Of a stretch of DNA of 64,000 nucleotides, positions 9,721 to 19,355 are shown piece after piece (the stretch's first letter is position 1; each line of letters begins with the position of its first letter). The DNA is taken from the NCBI GenBank assembly GCA_963666215.2, contig CAXWPL010000005.1, positions 1,120,001-1,184,000 of the forward strand, written 5' to 3'. The DNA comes from Acidobacteriota bacterium. Lineage in GTDB: Bacteria; Acidobacteriota; UBA890; WLXD01. Position numbers and translations under genes: made by a program. The notes beneath the pieces are model-generated. The model searched no databases and was not told where the DNA came from. It was given only the letters and a program-made list of their open reading frames with translations.

Positions 9721-10440
9721 TCAGCGGTCCAATGAACGCTCGCGTATGCGCAGGCCTCGCCAGCGCACCTTGATGCCGCCACCGTCGTGGATTTGCAGCG
9801 CGATCGAACCGGTGGCCGCGCCGATCTTGTCGTCGGTGAGATCGATCATCTCGACGCCGTTGAGCCATGTCGTCACGTGACCAGCCACCACGAGGAGTCG
9901 CATCTCGTTCCACTCGCCCATACGCAGCGCACCATCCTTGGCCGGTTCCGGTTGGATCAGCCATCCGCGCCCGTACGACTCGTAAATGCCCCCGGTAAAG
10001 CTGCCGGGTGGAGCAACTTCGGCCTGCCAGCCGGTGATGCGCGTGCCCTCGATCGACGAACGGAAGAAAACGCCGCTGTTGCCATCGGCCTCTTGCTTGA
10101 ATTCGACGACCAGCTCGAAGTCGCGATACTCGCGTTCAGTAGCAAGATAGCCGTAGGCAGCGTCGGGCCCCGACTCGCAGACGAGCTCGCCCTGAGCCGC
10201 GTCGTCTGGGTGGTCCACGTACCAGAGCTCGGTGCCGTGGATACGCCAGCCGCTCAAGTCGACGCCGTTGAAGAGAAGTTGCCAGCCGTCCTGCCCGTCG
10301 AGATCCTGAGCCACCGCTGCCACCTGGCTCGCCATCGGCAGAAGAGCGAGCAACGCCAGGCCGCTGACCCGTCGCGAAGCGCGGGCGATGGGCGTCACCC
10401 TTCTCGGGCAGGATGGCCGCGCACAGGACGCCACGCGCAT
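9721..10440 (-). CDS. DUF1080 (3-keto-disaccharide hydrolase family), secreted
   Basis: WQLLFNGVDLSGW, GNSGVFFR, GEWN, GSIALQIH; signal peptide. Confidence 0.9.
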   Translation of the reverse strand: MRVASCARPSCPRRVTPIARASRRVSGLALLALLPMASQVAAVAQDLDGQDGWQLLFNGVDLSGWRIHGTELWYVDHPDDAAQGELVCESGPDAAYGYLATEREYRDFELVVEFKQEADGNSGVFFRSSIEGTRITGWQAEVAPPGSFTGGIYESYGRGWLIQPEPAKDGALRMGEWNEMRLLVVAGHVTTWLNGVEMIDLTDDKIGAATGSIALQIHDGGGIKVRWRGLRIRERSLDR

Positions 10441-11265
10441 CTACAGCGGCCGGATCTTGACGTTGCGGTACGACACCTCGCCGCCGTGATCCTGAAGCCC
10501 GATCGACCCGCTGCGCGCCATTCCGTGTTGCGGAAATGGCGCGAACTTGCTCGCCGCCACGAGCTCTTTCCAGGCGTCGCTCCAGAGCTCGTACTCGACG
10601 GCCTTGTTGCCGTTGAGCCAGTGCTCGACGTGCCCGTCGTTGATCACGATACGGGCGTGGTTCCACTCGCCGGCGCGCTTGCCGTACTTCTCGGGAGCGG
10701 CGTGCAGGTCGTAGTTGTCGCCGGTGAAGTGCTTGTCCATATCCTCCGCGTCAGCCCAGGCGTCGTCGTCGAGAACCTGAAACTCGGGTGCGTTGTGCCA
10801 GATAGCGGCCCCGGGTATTTCCTGAACCAGGTACAGGATGCCGCTGTTGGATCCTTGGGCAACGCGGAACTCGAGGCTGAGCTCGAAGCTGCCGAACGAG
10901 CGCGCGGTAACGACGTCGCTGCCCTCCCCCTCGGCCTCTGTTCCCTCGGCCAGGCCGTTAGGCGGAACGAAGCTCAGCGTACCGTCGACAGCCATCCAGC
11001 CACTGTCCACGCCGCTTCTCAGCTCGCCGCCGTTGTAGTGGCGCCACCCCTGTGTGCTCTCTCCGTTGAACAGGAGCTGCCAGCCCTGCGCGATCTCTTC
11101 GCTGGTGAGAACGTTGTGCATCGTCCCCTCCTCGCCAGCGGGCGGTGTTGCCGACGCATCGGCGGCGTCCGGGGCGTCGCTCTGGGGCGTCTGCGACGCG
11201 CAGCCGAGGCTCGTCATGGCGAGCACAATGAGCACCCTGACAAGCGCCAAGGACACATTCTTCAT
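10441..11265 (-). CDS. DUF1080 family lipoprotein
   Basis: LGC lipobox; GWQLLFNG, NSGILY, PEFQVLDD, GEWN, GLQDHG. Confidence 0.9.
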   Translation of the reverse strand: MKNVSLALVRVLIVLAMTSLGCASQTPQSDAPDAADASATPPAGEEGTMHNVLTSEEIAQGWQLLFNGESTQGWRHYNGGELRSGVDSGWMAVDGTLSFVPPNGLAEGTEAEGEGSDVVTARSFGSFELSLEFRVAQGSNSGILYLVQEIPGAAIWHNAPEFQVLDDDAWADAEDMDKHFTGDNYDLHAAPEKYGKRAGEWNHARIVINDGHVEHWLNGNKAVEYELWSDAWKELVAASKFAPFPQHGMARSGSIGLQDHGGEVSYRNVKIRPL

Positions 11266-12698
11266 CAGGTCACCACTCTCATGTTCTCGGAATCCCACTT
11301 TGTGATCCGGTCCTCGAAGTAGCTGTCGTTGCACAGCAACGCCGGAGCAGCGGCGCGATAGCCGAAGGTTGCGTCTTCGACGAGTGCCGATCCGTCGCCG
11401 GCGCGGACCGCGTCGATGAACCTTTGCCAGTGGTCGTAGTGAGCGCCGAGGTAGCCCTCCTCGGCGCGCCACACAGGCTCGGCGGGTGGCCGCATACGCT
11501 TGCGCTCGTAGCCCATCCCCATCCCCGACTCTGCCATCGCAGCCGCCGTGAACGCGTCGGGCGCAGGAACCGGTGCGTTGCGATAGACAACAACCTCATC
11601 CCACTTCACGTCCATCGCGCCCTCGCTACCCACTAGTCGCAGGAAGGTCGTGCCCGAGGTGCCATCCACGAAGTTGACGCGCAGCGACAGATTGAACGCC
11701 GGGTGTGAGGCCGACTCGGGGTAGTCGAACATGCCGAGCAGCACGTCGGGCACCTCGCGCCCATCCTCCCAGTAGCGCAAACCGCCCGTAGCAATAATCG
11801 AGCGTGGCCCGTTCGACGAGATAACGAAGTTCAGGCTCGAGAAAAGATGTACGAACAGGTCGCCCGAGACGCCGGTACCGTAGTCGCGATAGCAGCGCCA
11901 GCGGAAGAAGCGCAGCGGGTCGTACTCGCGTCGATGCTCGGCATCCAACGGCTCCTGGTAGCGCTGCCAATCAACGGTGGCCGTCGACTGGTCGTCGGGA
12001 ATCGTGTACTGCCAGGCGCCAACCGGCGAGTTGCGCGCCCAGAAGCCCTCGGCGTAGTTGAGCTCGCCGATTACACCCTGCTGAAAGAGCTCCCTGGCTT
12101 TCTCGTTGCCGAGAGAAGACAGACCCTGACTGCCCACCTGGAAGACTCCCCCGGTCTCGCGCTGCGCCGCGACCACGTCGGCCCCCTCGGCGACGTGATG
12201 CACCATGGGCTTTTCGCAGTAAACAGCCTTGCCAGCGCGCAGCGCGTCGATGGAAATTTGTCTGTGCCAGTGATCAGGCGTGCCGACGATCACAGCGTCG
12301 ATATCGGGACGAGCCAGCACCTCGCGGTAGTCGCGCGTAGTGAACAGATCGGCACCCCAGCGCTCGCGGGCGCGCTCTAGTCGGCCGTCGTAGAGATCAC
12401 ACGCCGCCACCACGCGGGCTCCGGGCACGGTGTCTGCGGTATCAGCATTGGCGCTGCCCATGCCACCGGCGCCGACCACGGCAATCTGCACCTGATCGTT
12501 GGCCTGATGGCGAACCCGACCTGCTGAGCGCGCCAACGTGCCGGTTGCGGCCTCGGTCGTACCGGCAAGACCCTCGGGAAGACTCAGCGGAGCCACCAGC
12601 GCCGCGCCGGCAGCTCGACCGAGGAATTGGCGCCGATTCGAAGGAGTCGGAGAACACGAGGGGCTCGAAGGATTCGGCGGACGGCGTGGTTCGCTCAT
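11265..12698 (-). CDS. Gfo/Idh/MocA family oxidoreductase with Tat signal
   Basis: RRQFL Tat motif, GAGGMG, TPDHWH, CEKP, GDLFVH. Confidence 0.92.
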   Translation of the reverse strand: MSEPRRPPNPSSPSCSPTPSNRRQFLGRAAGAALVAPLSLPEGLAGTTEAATGTLARSAGRVRHQANDQVQIAVVGAGGMGSANADTADTVPGARVVAACDLYDGRLERARERWGADLFTTRDYREVLARPDIDAVIVGTPDHWHRQISIDALRAGKAVYCEKPMVHHVAEGADVVAAQRETGGVFQVGSQGLSSLGNEKARELFQQGVIGELNYAEGFWARNSPVGAWQYTIPDDQSTATVDWQRYQEPLDAEHRREYDPLRFFRWRCYRDYGTGVSGDLFVHLFSSLNFVISSNGPRSIIATGGLRYWEDGREVPDVLLGMFDYPESASHPAFNLSLRVNFVDGTSGTTFLRLVGSEGAMDVKWDEVVVYRNAPVPAPDAFTAAAMAESGMGMGYERKRMRPPAEPVWRAEEGYLGAHYDHWQRFIDAVRAGDGSALVEDATFGYRAAAPALLCNDSYFEDRITKWDSENMRVVT

Positions 12699-12720
12699 CG
12701 GTGCTCCATCTGGATCTCGA

Positions 12721-13470
12721 TCATTTCGAAGCGGAGATTGAGGATGGGGTACTGGCGCCAGTGTCGCGACGGACGGTCTCTGCTGGCGGCTGCGCCGCGC
12801 CGGCGAGCTGCTGCAACTCGGCTACCGGGCGCACGGGATCGATGCGAAAAGTGCCCGTGCCGAGCTCGACGGCCGCGCGTGGGAAACGCTCGCCGCCAAT
12901 GAGCAGCGCCGTGGTGACGCCCCCCTTTCGTTCAAGCTCAATACGACGACCGGCTAGCGGACCGCTGTCGATCTCCCCGAACTCTCGAATATCGCGCGCG
13001 TCTCCGTGTTCTTGCGCCTCAGCCGATTCGCCAGCCGGCCCCGAAGTCGCGTCGGCAAAATCGATTGCTGCCGCCGACGCCGCGTCGGCGCCAAGTTGCA
13101 ACCTCAGACGGACGTCCGTCTCGATGATGTACGCGGGCAACTCACCGGAGGATCCCTTCCAGCTGTACAACCCGATCCACGCCGACAGCTCTCCGGCAGC
13201 GGCGGGCGCGCTACCGAGCTCTCCCAGCGGCCGCGCGGCCGGCTCTGAGTCGCCGGACATTGGCTGGGCAGCGGCCAGATCCTCGAGCACGCCGGCGACA
13301 TCGGCAACGCCGACGCCGGAATCCGACGGGATCGCGCCACAACCCGCGAGCACGGATAGTACGAAGAGTCCGAAGAGTCCGAGCGACGCGGTGGTTCGTC
13401 GCCAGTGGCGTCGGCGACGGAGGCGGGCGCGAGAATCAGGAGCGGTACCAGGCGGGCAGCGACGCTTCAC
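12721..13470 (-). CDS. Hypothetical lipoprotein
   Basis: GTG overlaps the ADH stop (GTGA); basic N-terminus, hydrophobic stretch, LAGC lipobox. Confidence 0.6.
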   Translation of the reverse strand: MKRRCPPGTAPDSRARLRRRRHWRRTTASLGLFGLFVLSVLAGCGAIPSDSGVGVADVAGVLEDLAAAQPMSGDSEPAARPLGELGSAPAAAGELSAWIGLYSWKGSSGELPAYIIETDVRLRLQLGADAASAAAIDFADATSGPAGESAEAQEHGDARDIREFGEIDSGPLAGRRIELERKGGVTTALLIGGERFPRAAVELGTGTFRIDPVRPVAELQQLAGAAQPPAETVRRDTGASTPSSISASK

Positions 13471-14522
13471 GGCTCGAGGACGACCTTCGTGCATCCGTCG
13501 AGTTTTTCGTCGAACATCCGGTAGGCTTCGGCGCCCTCGGCCAGAGGCAGGCGATGCGAGATCACACGCGTGATGTCGAACGCCCCGCGCTCCGCCTCGA
13601 GCACGATCGGCACCAGACGCTCCATGTAGGTGCGCGCCGGGCAACGGCCGACCCGGTACGTGAGGTTCTTGTCGTAGGCCTCGGTGGGACCGAAGGCAAT
13701 CGTTTCGTCGGTGTGCACACCCACAACAGCAATCGTTCCGCCCGGCCGTACGAGCTCGATAGCCGTGCGCTCCGCGGCGAAGCTACCGACCGCTTCCATG
13801 ACCGCGTCGGCGCCGCGCCCGTCGGTGGCGTGCTGGATCGTTTCGACCACGTTCTCGGCGCGAAAATCAACCGGCACGGCACCCGCCTCCTGCGCCAGCT
13901 CGAGTCGCTCCGCAACACCGTCGATGGCATAGATGATTTCGGCACCAAGAGTGCGCGCGGCATGGATAGCGAGGATCCCCACCGGCCCGCAGCCGATAAC
14001 GGCGTGAACACCCTCGGGCGTCACGCCCGCCATGTCGGCGCAGAAGTAGCCCGTCGAGAACACGTCGCCCAGCAGCAACGCCTGTTCGTTGGAGATGCCG
14101 TCGGGAATTGCCGCCAGAGTGGAGTTGGCCAGGGGAACACGCACGAATTCGGCCTGGCCCCCATGCAGCCCTTGTCCGTCACCAACCCAGCCAAACAGCT
14201 GACCGTGCGGACAACGACAGGTCAATCCGATGCGGCAGTAGTAGCAGCCGCCACAATTCGTGGTGAAGGGGCTGAAGACTCGATCGCCGATCTGTACCGA
14301 GCTCACCTCGGGCCCGGCCTCGACAATCTCGCCGACGAACTCGTGGCCCATCACGGCGCCATAGTCCAGCCCCTCCTCGCGCTCGTGATACGGATGCAAA
14401 TCGGAGCCGCAAATCCCCGCGAGATCGACCTTGACGATGACGTCGGTCGGAGCCTCGAGCGAGGGTTCGGGCACGTCCTCGTGCTCAACTGTGCGGTAGC
14501 CGGCAAAGGTGATTGCGTTCAC
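13467..14522 (-). CDS. Zn-dependent alcohol/formaldehyde dehydrogenase family (MDR)
   Basis: GICGSDLH, GHEFVG, CGGCYYC...C, GCGPVG. Confidence 0.93.
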   Translation of the reverse strand: MNAITFAGYRTVEHEDVPEPSLEAPTDVIVKVDLAGICGSDLHPYHEREEGLDYGAVMGHEFVGEIVEAGPEVSSVQIGDRVFSPFTTNCGGCYYCRIGLTCRCPHGQLFGWVGDGQGLHGGQAEFVRVPLANSTLAAIPDGISNEQALLLGDVFSTGYFCADMAGVTPEGVHAVIGCGPVGILAIHAARTLGAEIIYAIDGVAERLELAQEAGAVPVDFRAENVVETIQHATDGRGADAVMEAVGSFAAERTAIELVRPGGTIAVVGVHTDETIAFGPTEAYDKNLTYRVGRCPARTYMERLVPIVLEAERGAFDITRVISHRLPLAEGAEAYRMFDEKLDGCTKVVLEP

Positions 14523-14533
14523 GCCGGCCGAGT

Positions 14534-14558
14534 CTAGCAGGCCGTTGTGGAACCGTGG
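14534..14558 (+). repeat. Solitary degenerate copy of the MITE terminal repeat
   Basis: CTAGCAGGCCGTTGTGGAACCGTGG vs CTAGCAGCCCGTGGTGGAAGTGTGG at 2289 (21/25). Confidence 0.55.
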
Positions 14559-14686
14559 AGGACATGCCACGCCAGCGAGTCAGAACCACAACACACGGCC
14601 AATCCCCACGCTACCGAATAGAATCTCCCCGCCCGGAATCACCTCGCCGAAAGCGCGCTCAGCGGCCGCCGCCGTGGACGTATGCC

Positions 14687-16470
14687 GTGGGAAACACGCT
14701 CGAACTTGCCGAAACCTCCGCGCACGTCGCCCTGGTTGCTGCGCTCTGCCGCAACGACGAAGCGGCGTTCGTGCGGCAGCTCGACACGGCGCCGCTCAAC
14801 GAGCCGGCCTTCAACGCTTTCATCTCCGATCATCAGCTGGCCGGCCTGCTCTGGTGGCGTCTCGAGAGCTCTGCGGCGCGCCAAGGGCTGCCGGCCTCGA
14901 CGTGGGAGCTGGTGGAGAACCGCGTGCGCAATCAAGTATGGCGCTCGGGCCGCTGCGCCGAGGAGCTCGCGAGGCTATCGGCCGCCTTCAGCGAAGCCAA
15001 CGTGGACCTGCTGACGCTCAAAGGTCTGGCACTCAGCGTGCGATACTACGGCGCCTCCGAACGGCGTCTCTTCTGGGATCTAGACCTGCTGATCCAGCGC
15101 GCCGACGTGGCGCACGCGCTGCGGATCCTGCACGAACACAACTTCATACGCGCGACCACGAGCGGGCTCAGCGACAGCGTCACGACGCGAGTTACACACG
15201 CCATGGAGCTGACCGACGGGAAGATCCGCATCGACCTGCATTGGACGCTCAACAAACATCCGTCGTTTCGCGTGGATCACGAGGCGGTTTGGGCGAACAG
15301 CGAGTCGATCGAGGTCAACGGTCAACCGGTGACTGTGCTGTCGCCCGAACATGAGCTCGCCTTCTGTCTGACGTCAGCCGCGGGCGACGTACACCGCCAT
15401 CGGCTGCGACTGCGCTCGTTCGTTGATGTGCATCGAATGATCACCGCACGTGGAGCCGAACGCAGCTGGGCCGGGTTTCTCGCGCGCCGAGAACCTGAGA
15501 GCACGGCGGGTGTGTGCGAGGGTGTGCTCAGGCTGTTCTACAGGCTGCTGGAGCCCGCGTCTTCGGTGTCGCTGGACACGGGGACGACGGGCATTGCTGG
15601 CGCTGAGGACGGCAGGCGCATGACGCCGACCACGCAGATTACACGGTTAACAAAGAGGAAGCGGAGCAGGCGCCCATCGCGAGACCACGCGCTGCGGCTG
15701 CTCATGCCGTCTGCGCTCGGGCTCCGGGGCAAGCTCTGGGCCGCTGGTTTGCACGAGGGCGGGCGTGCTCGCTACCTCGCTGGCTGGATGCTCGCGGCAC
15801 CACTGCGCATCATGGCGCACGGCCCCGCGGCGACATGGCAACGAATGACGGCTCCTCTGAGGCGACGGCGCAACTCCCGAGTCGACGTCCGCTTCATCGC
15901 CACGAGCAACCGGCCGCTGTCGGAGCTCGCGTGCGGCCGCGGCCTGCGTCTCGACCTCTTTCACCGGATCGCAGCTTTCGTGATTCACCTGCCGCCGCTG
16001 CGCGAGCGGCCTGAAGACACCGTCGACTTGACCGCCTACTTCCTGCTTCAACTCGCCAGCCTCCATGGCGCCGAGCGTAAGCTCGCACCGGGGGGGGGAT
16101 GGACTTACTGCTCCGCCACCCGGTGCCCGGCAACGCGCGCGAGTTGCGCAACGTGTTGCTCCGCGCCTACGCCTCGACCGAGGGCAAAACAATCTCGTCG
16201 GAGACGCTCGAGCACGCATTTCTGCCTGGCTGGGGCCAAGCCGAGCAAGACTTCCGAACAACGTCCAAGAGCAGCGCGCCCCTACGGACGGTCATCCGCG
16301 ACCATCTTCGACACACTCTGGCTGTGGCCGACTTCAACCTCTCGAAGGCGGCGCGCATCCTGGAGATTCCGCGAAGCACGCTGCAGCACTACTTGAACAA
16401 GTACGAGGTCGACACGAATACGGCCGCTGCGAGCCCTGCGCCCGATGTGCGCCTGCGCTCGAGGGGATAA
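14687..16470 (+). CDS. NTP_transf_5-type nucleotidyltransferase fused to the C-terminal part of a sigma-54 activator AAA domain and a Fis HTH; frameshift at G9 (16090-16098)
   Basis: LKGLAL...R...DLDLLI and IDLHW; then VDVRFIATSNR, RLDLFHRI, LPPLRERPED; after the shift PGNARELRNVL and NLSKAARILEIPRSTL. Confidence 0.75.
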
Positions 16471-16472
16471 TT

Positions 16473-16500
16473 TTGATCATCAATCGCCCTTATTGATCAT
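16473..16500. promoter_or_regulatory. TTGATCAT direct repeat (20-bp period) in an AT-rich spacer
   Basis: TTGATCAT at 16473 and 16493; the first extends to the palindrome TTGATCATCAA. Confidence 0.4.
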
Positions 16501-16654
16501 TCTGACGAGCTGACTCTCGAAAATAGACAGCGTTCCAACGAATTTCTTTCGTAAAAACCGACAATCGGCTGTTGTTAGGGGTAGGACGGGCCTCCAAATC
16601 CGTCTGCTCACGCGTCGGATTCCGGTACACCCGGCGCTCACGCGGCCGCCGCCC

Positions 16655-17098
16655 ATGTTGGGTCCACAACAGCCGACGCCAGTTCTCGAGCGCCAAGGCC
16701 ATCGGCCGCTCTCCGGACGCGAGCTTGCCGCCCGAGCGCGGTCGCACATCCACACGGCGTACGACTCCCCTCTCGGCTGCGACACCGCGATGATCGCCGA
16801 CGCCCTCCAGGTATCGGCCTCACACCTCTGCCACCAGTACCGCAAGGCGTACGGAGCCACGATCGGCAACGAGGTCCGGCAGCTGCGCATTGCGCGCGCC
16901 AGGAATCTTCTGGCCACCACCGACATGCTGATGAAGGAGGTGGCGGCGGCGTGTGGCTACTACAGCAACACCTACCGTACGTTCCACGGCGCCTTCCGGA
17001 GCGTAATGAAGATGTCCCCGCGCGAATACCGGCGTGGAGTTTTCGAAGGGCGGATTCAGCCGGATCATTCGCCCGACCTGCAGTCTCGAGTGAGCTAG
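16655..17098 (+). CDS. Stand-alone AraC-family double-HTH regulator
   Basis: IADALQVSASHLCHQYR...LRIARARNLL...MKEVAAACGY...F..AFRSVMKMSPREYR. Confidence 0.8.
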   Translation: MLGPQQPTPVLERQGHRPLSGRELAARARSHIHTAYDSPLGCDTAMIADALQVSASHLCHQYRKAYGATIGNEVRQLRIARARNLLATTDMLMKEVAAACGYYSNTYRTFHGAFRSVMKMSPREYRRGVFEGRIQPDHSPDLQSRVS

Positions 17099-17182
17099 AT
17101 CCGGAACGTCGATCTGCGCGAGCAACAACGCCGCGCGAGCAACAGCGAGCGACGCGGCGTTACACCGGTTGCGCTCTAGCTC

Positions 17183-17560
17183 CTACTCCAGAAGCTGCGA
17201 CGCCTGGTCGGCATTGGCAACGGCCAGCACGAAGGCGGCCGCTCCGGGGGTGGGCTCGCTCACGCTGTAGGCGTAGTCGATGTTGATCCCCGCCTCACCG
17301 AGGGCGCGCGCGATTTCCGCCAGATTTCCGGCCTCGTCGGGAACCACCAGCCGCAGCACATCGGCAATCTGGTACCGGAAGCCGTGCCCGTCGAGGATTT
17401 CAATCGCGCGGTCGACGTCGCTCACCAGCAAGTGCGCGATGGAGACCCAAACGCCGAACCCCTCGATATTGACACCGCTCTGTCCGAGCAGCTCAGAAAT
17501 CGACCCGAGCGTGCCAGGCTCATCGGCAACTCCAACTCTGAGCTCTCGTGCGGCTGGCAT
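17183..17560 (-). CDS. Tandem ACT-domain protein
   Basis: Two repeats: DEPGTLGSISELLGQSGVNI and DEAGNLAEIARALGEAGINIDYAY. Confidence 0.85.
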   Translation of the reverse strand: MPAARELRVGVADEPGTLGSISELLGQSGVNIEGFGVWVSIAHLLVSDVDRAIEILDGHGFRYQIADVLRLVVPDEAGNLAEIARALGEAGINIDYAYSVSEPTPGAAAFVLAVANADQASQLLE

Positions 17561-17765
17561 TGCGGCTCCGGGCTGGTCGGCCGCGACGAGACGTCCGCGA
17601 GCCGGCGACGTGCAGCGAATTCGGAGAGTTCGCAGTGGGCCCATGCTATCAGGGCCTCCTGCCCAGCGGCACAGGTAGAAATCGTTGGAGGACGCGAAGA
17701 AGCACCCGGACAGCGGACAGCAAGAACGCCCCGCTGAGTCCACAGCACAGGCGCGCGTGGCGGAA

Positions 17766-19355
17766 TCAGGCGCCGCCGAGAACCACGTGCGCGGCGTTGC
17801 GGCCCGGCAACCCGTTGAAGCCACCACCGCCGTGGGTCCCACCGCCACACAGAACAACCCCACCAGGGCCGAAGTGGCGAAACATGCCCGGTACCGGCCT
17901 CATATAGAGAAGCTGATCGAGCGCGAGGTCCGCATGCAACAGCCCACCGCCGGCCAGACCGTAGGTCTCCTTGATCGCCCGAGGGGTCAGGATATCGGTG
18001 GCGAGCACACCGTCGGAAAATCCGGGAGCCAAGCGCTCGAGACGCGTGGTTGCGCTGGAAACCACCTCCTCTTGCAATCGAGCGTCCGCCGCTTCGTCGT
18101 CGCGATACGGAACGTGGTGTACCCATACAGAGACCACATGTCGGCCGTCCGGCGCCAGGCTGGGGTCGGCAACGCTCGGAGCCTGCACCTCGAGGCAACC
18201 TTCGGCAGAGAACGAGCCGTACTTGTGGGCATCCGCGCCGCCCTCGATCGCGTCGATCTCGGCGCCGAGGAGGAGCGTACCGCTCCACCCTGCCCGATCG
18301 CTGCCGCGCATGTCGGGCAGCTCCGAGAGCGCGAAACGTACGTGCGCACTGCAACCGCGCGAGCGTATCTCGCCGAATGACCGCCTCAGCTCAGGGGCGA
18401 TGTCGCCCTCGAAGAGCTCGAGCAGCGTGGTACGCGGGTCGAGTGCCGACACCACGACGCCGGCAGAGATCTCCTCGCCACTCTCGAGCCGGATTGCCGT
18501 GGCAGAACCCTCGCCGGGCGCGTCGCTCGAGGTCGGACCCACAAGAATGCCGTCGACGCGAGCCTGGGTGCGAAGCTCAGCGCCGTGTTCAATGCAGGCG
18601 GCCGCGAGCGCGTCGACCACCGCGCCGGTGCCGCCGATCGCCGGGCGTGGTCCGCGCAACAGGCCGCCGCCACCGCCGGCGGCGCGCTGGTGGAGCAAGC
18701 TCAATGCCGTGCCCGGCGCTCGCGGGCCGAGGTGGCTGGCACGCAGCGCCGAAGCGGCGATGGCACCACGAAGTGCGGGGCTGGAAAAGCGTTCCTCGAC
18801 GACGTCCGCGATACACATGGGAGTCAATCGCAGCGCCGCCCGCATCTCTTCGGTTCCGAGACGCTTGAGCTGCAGCCCGGCGGCGAGCAGAGCGAACACG
18901 TCGCCGACGCCGCGAGGCGGCAGCGGCGCCAGCGGTCGGGACATTACGGGCTCGAGCGCCTCCGTGAGTCGGCGCACGAAATCGTCGGTCTTGATGAGCT
19001 CCCTGGCGTCGGACTCGCTCAGCGGCGTCACCACGGAGCCGCCGTCGGCCTGCAGCTGGGCGCTCAGCTGCTGGCCATCCTCGCCCATCACCGTCAACGG
19101 CCCCGTTGGCAGCAGGCGGAGACCATGAGAGTCGAGCGCCAGCTCCGAGTGGACCCGTGGATGCAGGGTTCCCACGCCGGGCCACACCGCCGAGCAACGG
19201 AAGCCGGGGTGGAACTCGACCGTCTCCGCCGTACCACCGAGACGGTCGCGTGCTTCGAGCACGAGAACCCTGCGACCTGCGCGAGCCAAGTAGGCGGCGC
19301 ACGCCAACCCGTTGTGCCCGCCTCCGATGACAACGACGTCGACTCGCGAGCTCAC
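17766..19355 (-). CDS. Phytoene desaturase family FAD oxidoreductase (PYROXD2-like), copy B
   Basis: VIGGGHNGLACAAYLA, PSVADPSLAPDGRH, LCGGGTHGGGG; start overlaps the upstream stop. Confidence 0.88.
   Translation of the reverse strand: MSSRVDVVVIGGGHNGLACAAYLARAGRRVLVLEARDRLGGTAETVEFHPGFRCSAVWPGVGTLHPRVHSELALDSHGLRLLPTGPLTVMGEDGQQLSAQLQADGGSVVTPLSESDARELIKTDDFVRRLTEALEPVMSRPLAPLPPRGVGDVFALLAAGLQLKRLGTEEMRAALRLTPMCIADVVEERFSSPALRGAIAASALRASHLGPRAPGTALSLLHQRAAGGGGGLLRGPRPAIGGTGAVVDALAAACIEHGAELRTQARVDGILVGPTSSDAPGEGSATAIRLESGEEISAGVVVSALDPRTTLLELFEGDIAPELRRSFGEIRSRGCSAHVRFALSELPDMRGSDRAGWSGTLLLGAEIDAIEGGADAHKYGSFSAEGCLEVQAPSVADPSLAPDGRHVVSVWVHHVPYRDDEAADARLQEEVVSSATTRLERLAPGFSDGVLATDILTPRAIKETYGLAGGGLLHADLALDQLLYMRPVPGMFRHFGPGGVVLCGGGTHGGGGFNGLPGRNAAHVVLGGA

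Noticed and set aside
9787-11322. Long plus-strand ORF (511 aa) and similar long shadow ORFs (e.g. 13260-14537, 45998-47248, 21114-22244)
   Set aside because: They are antisense to well-supported genes, are expected in high-GC DNA and carry no motifs.
16473-16483. FNR box
   Set aside because: TTGAT and ATCAA are separated by 1 nt rather than the required 4.
14687-17098. Lasso peptide/RiPP cluster around the nucleotidyltransferase
   Set aside because: No precursor, PqqD/B1, B2 peptidase or asparagine-synthetase-like cyclase is nearby.
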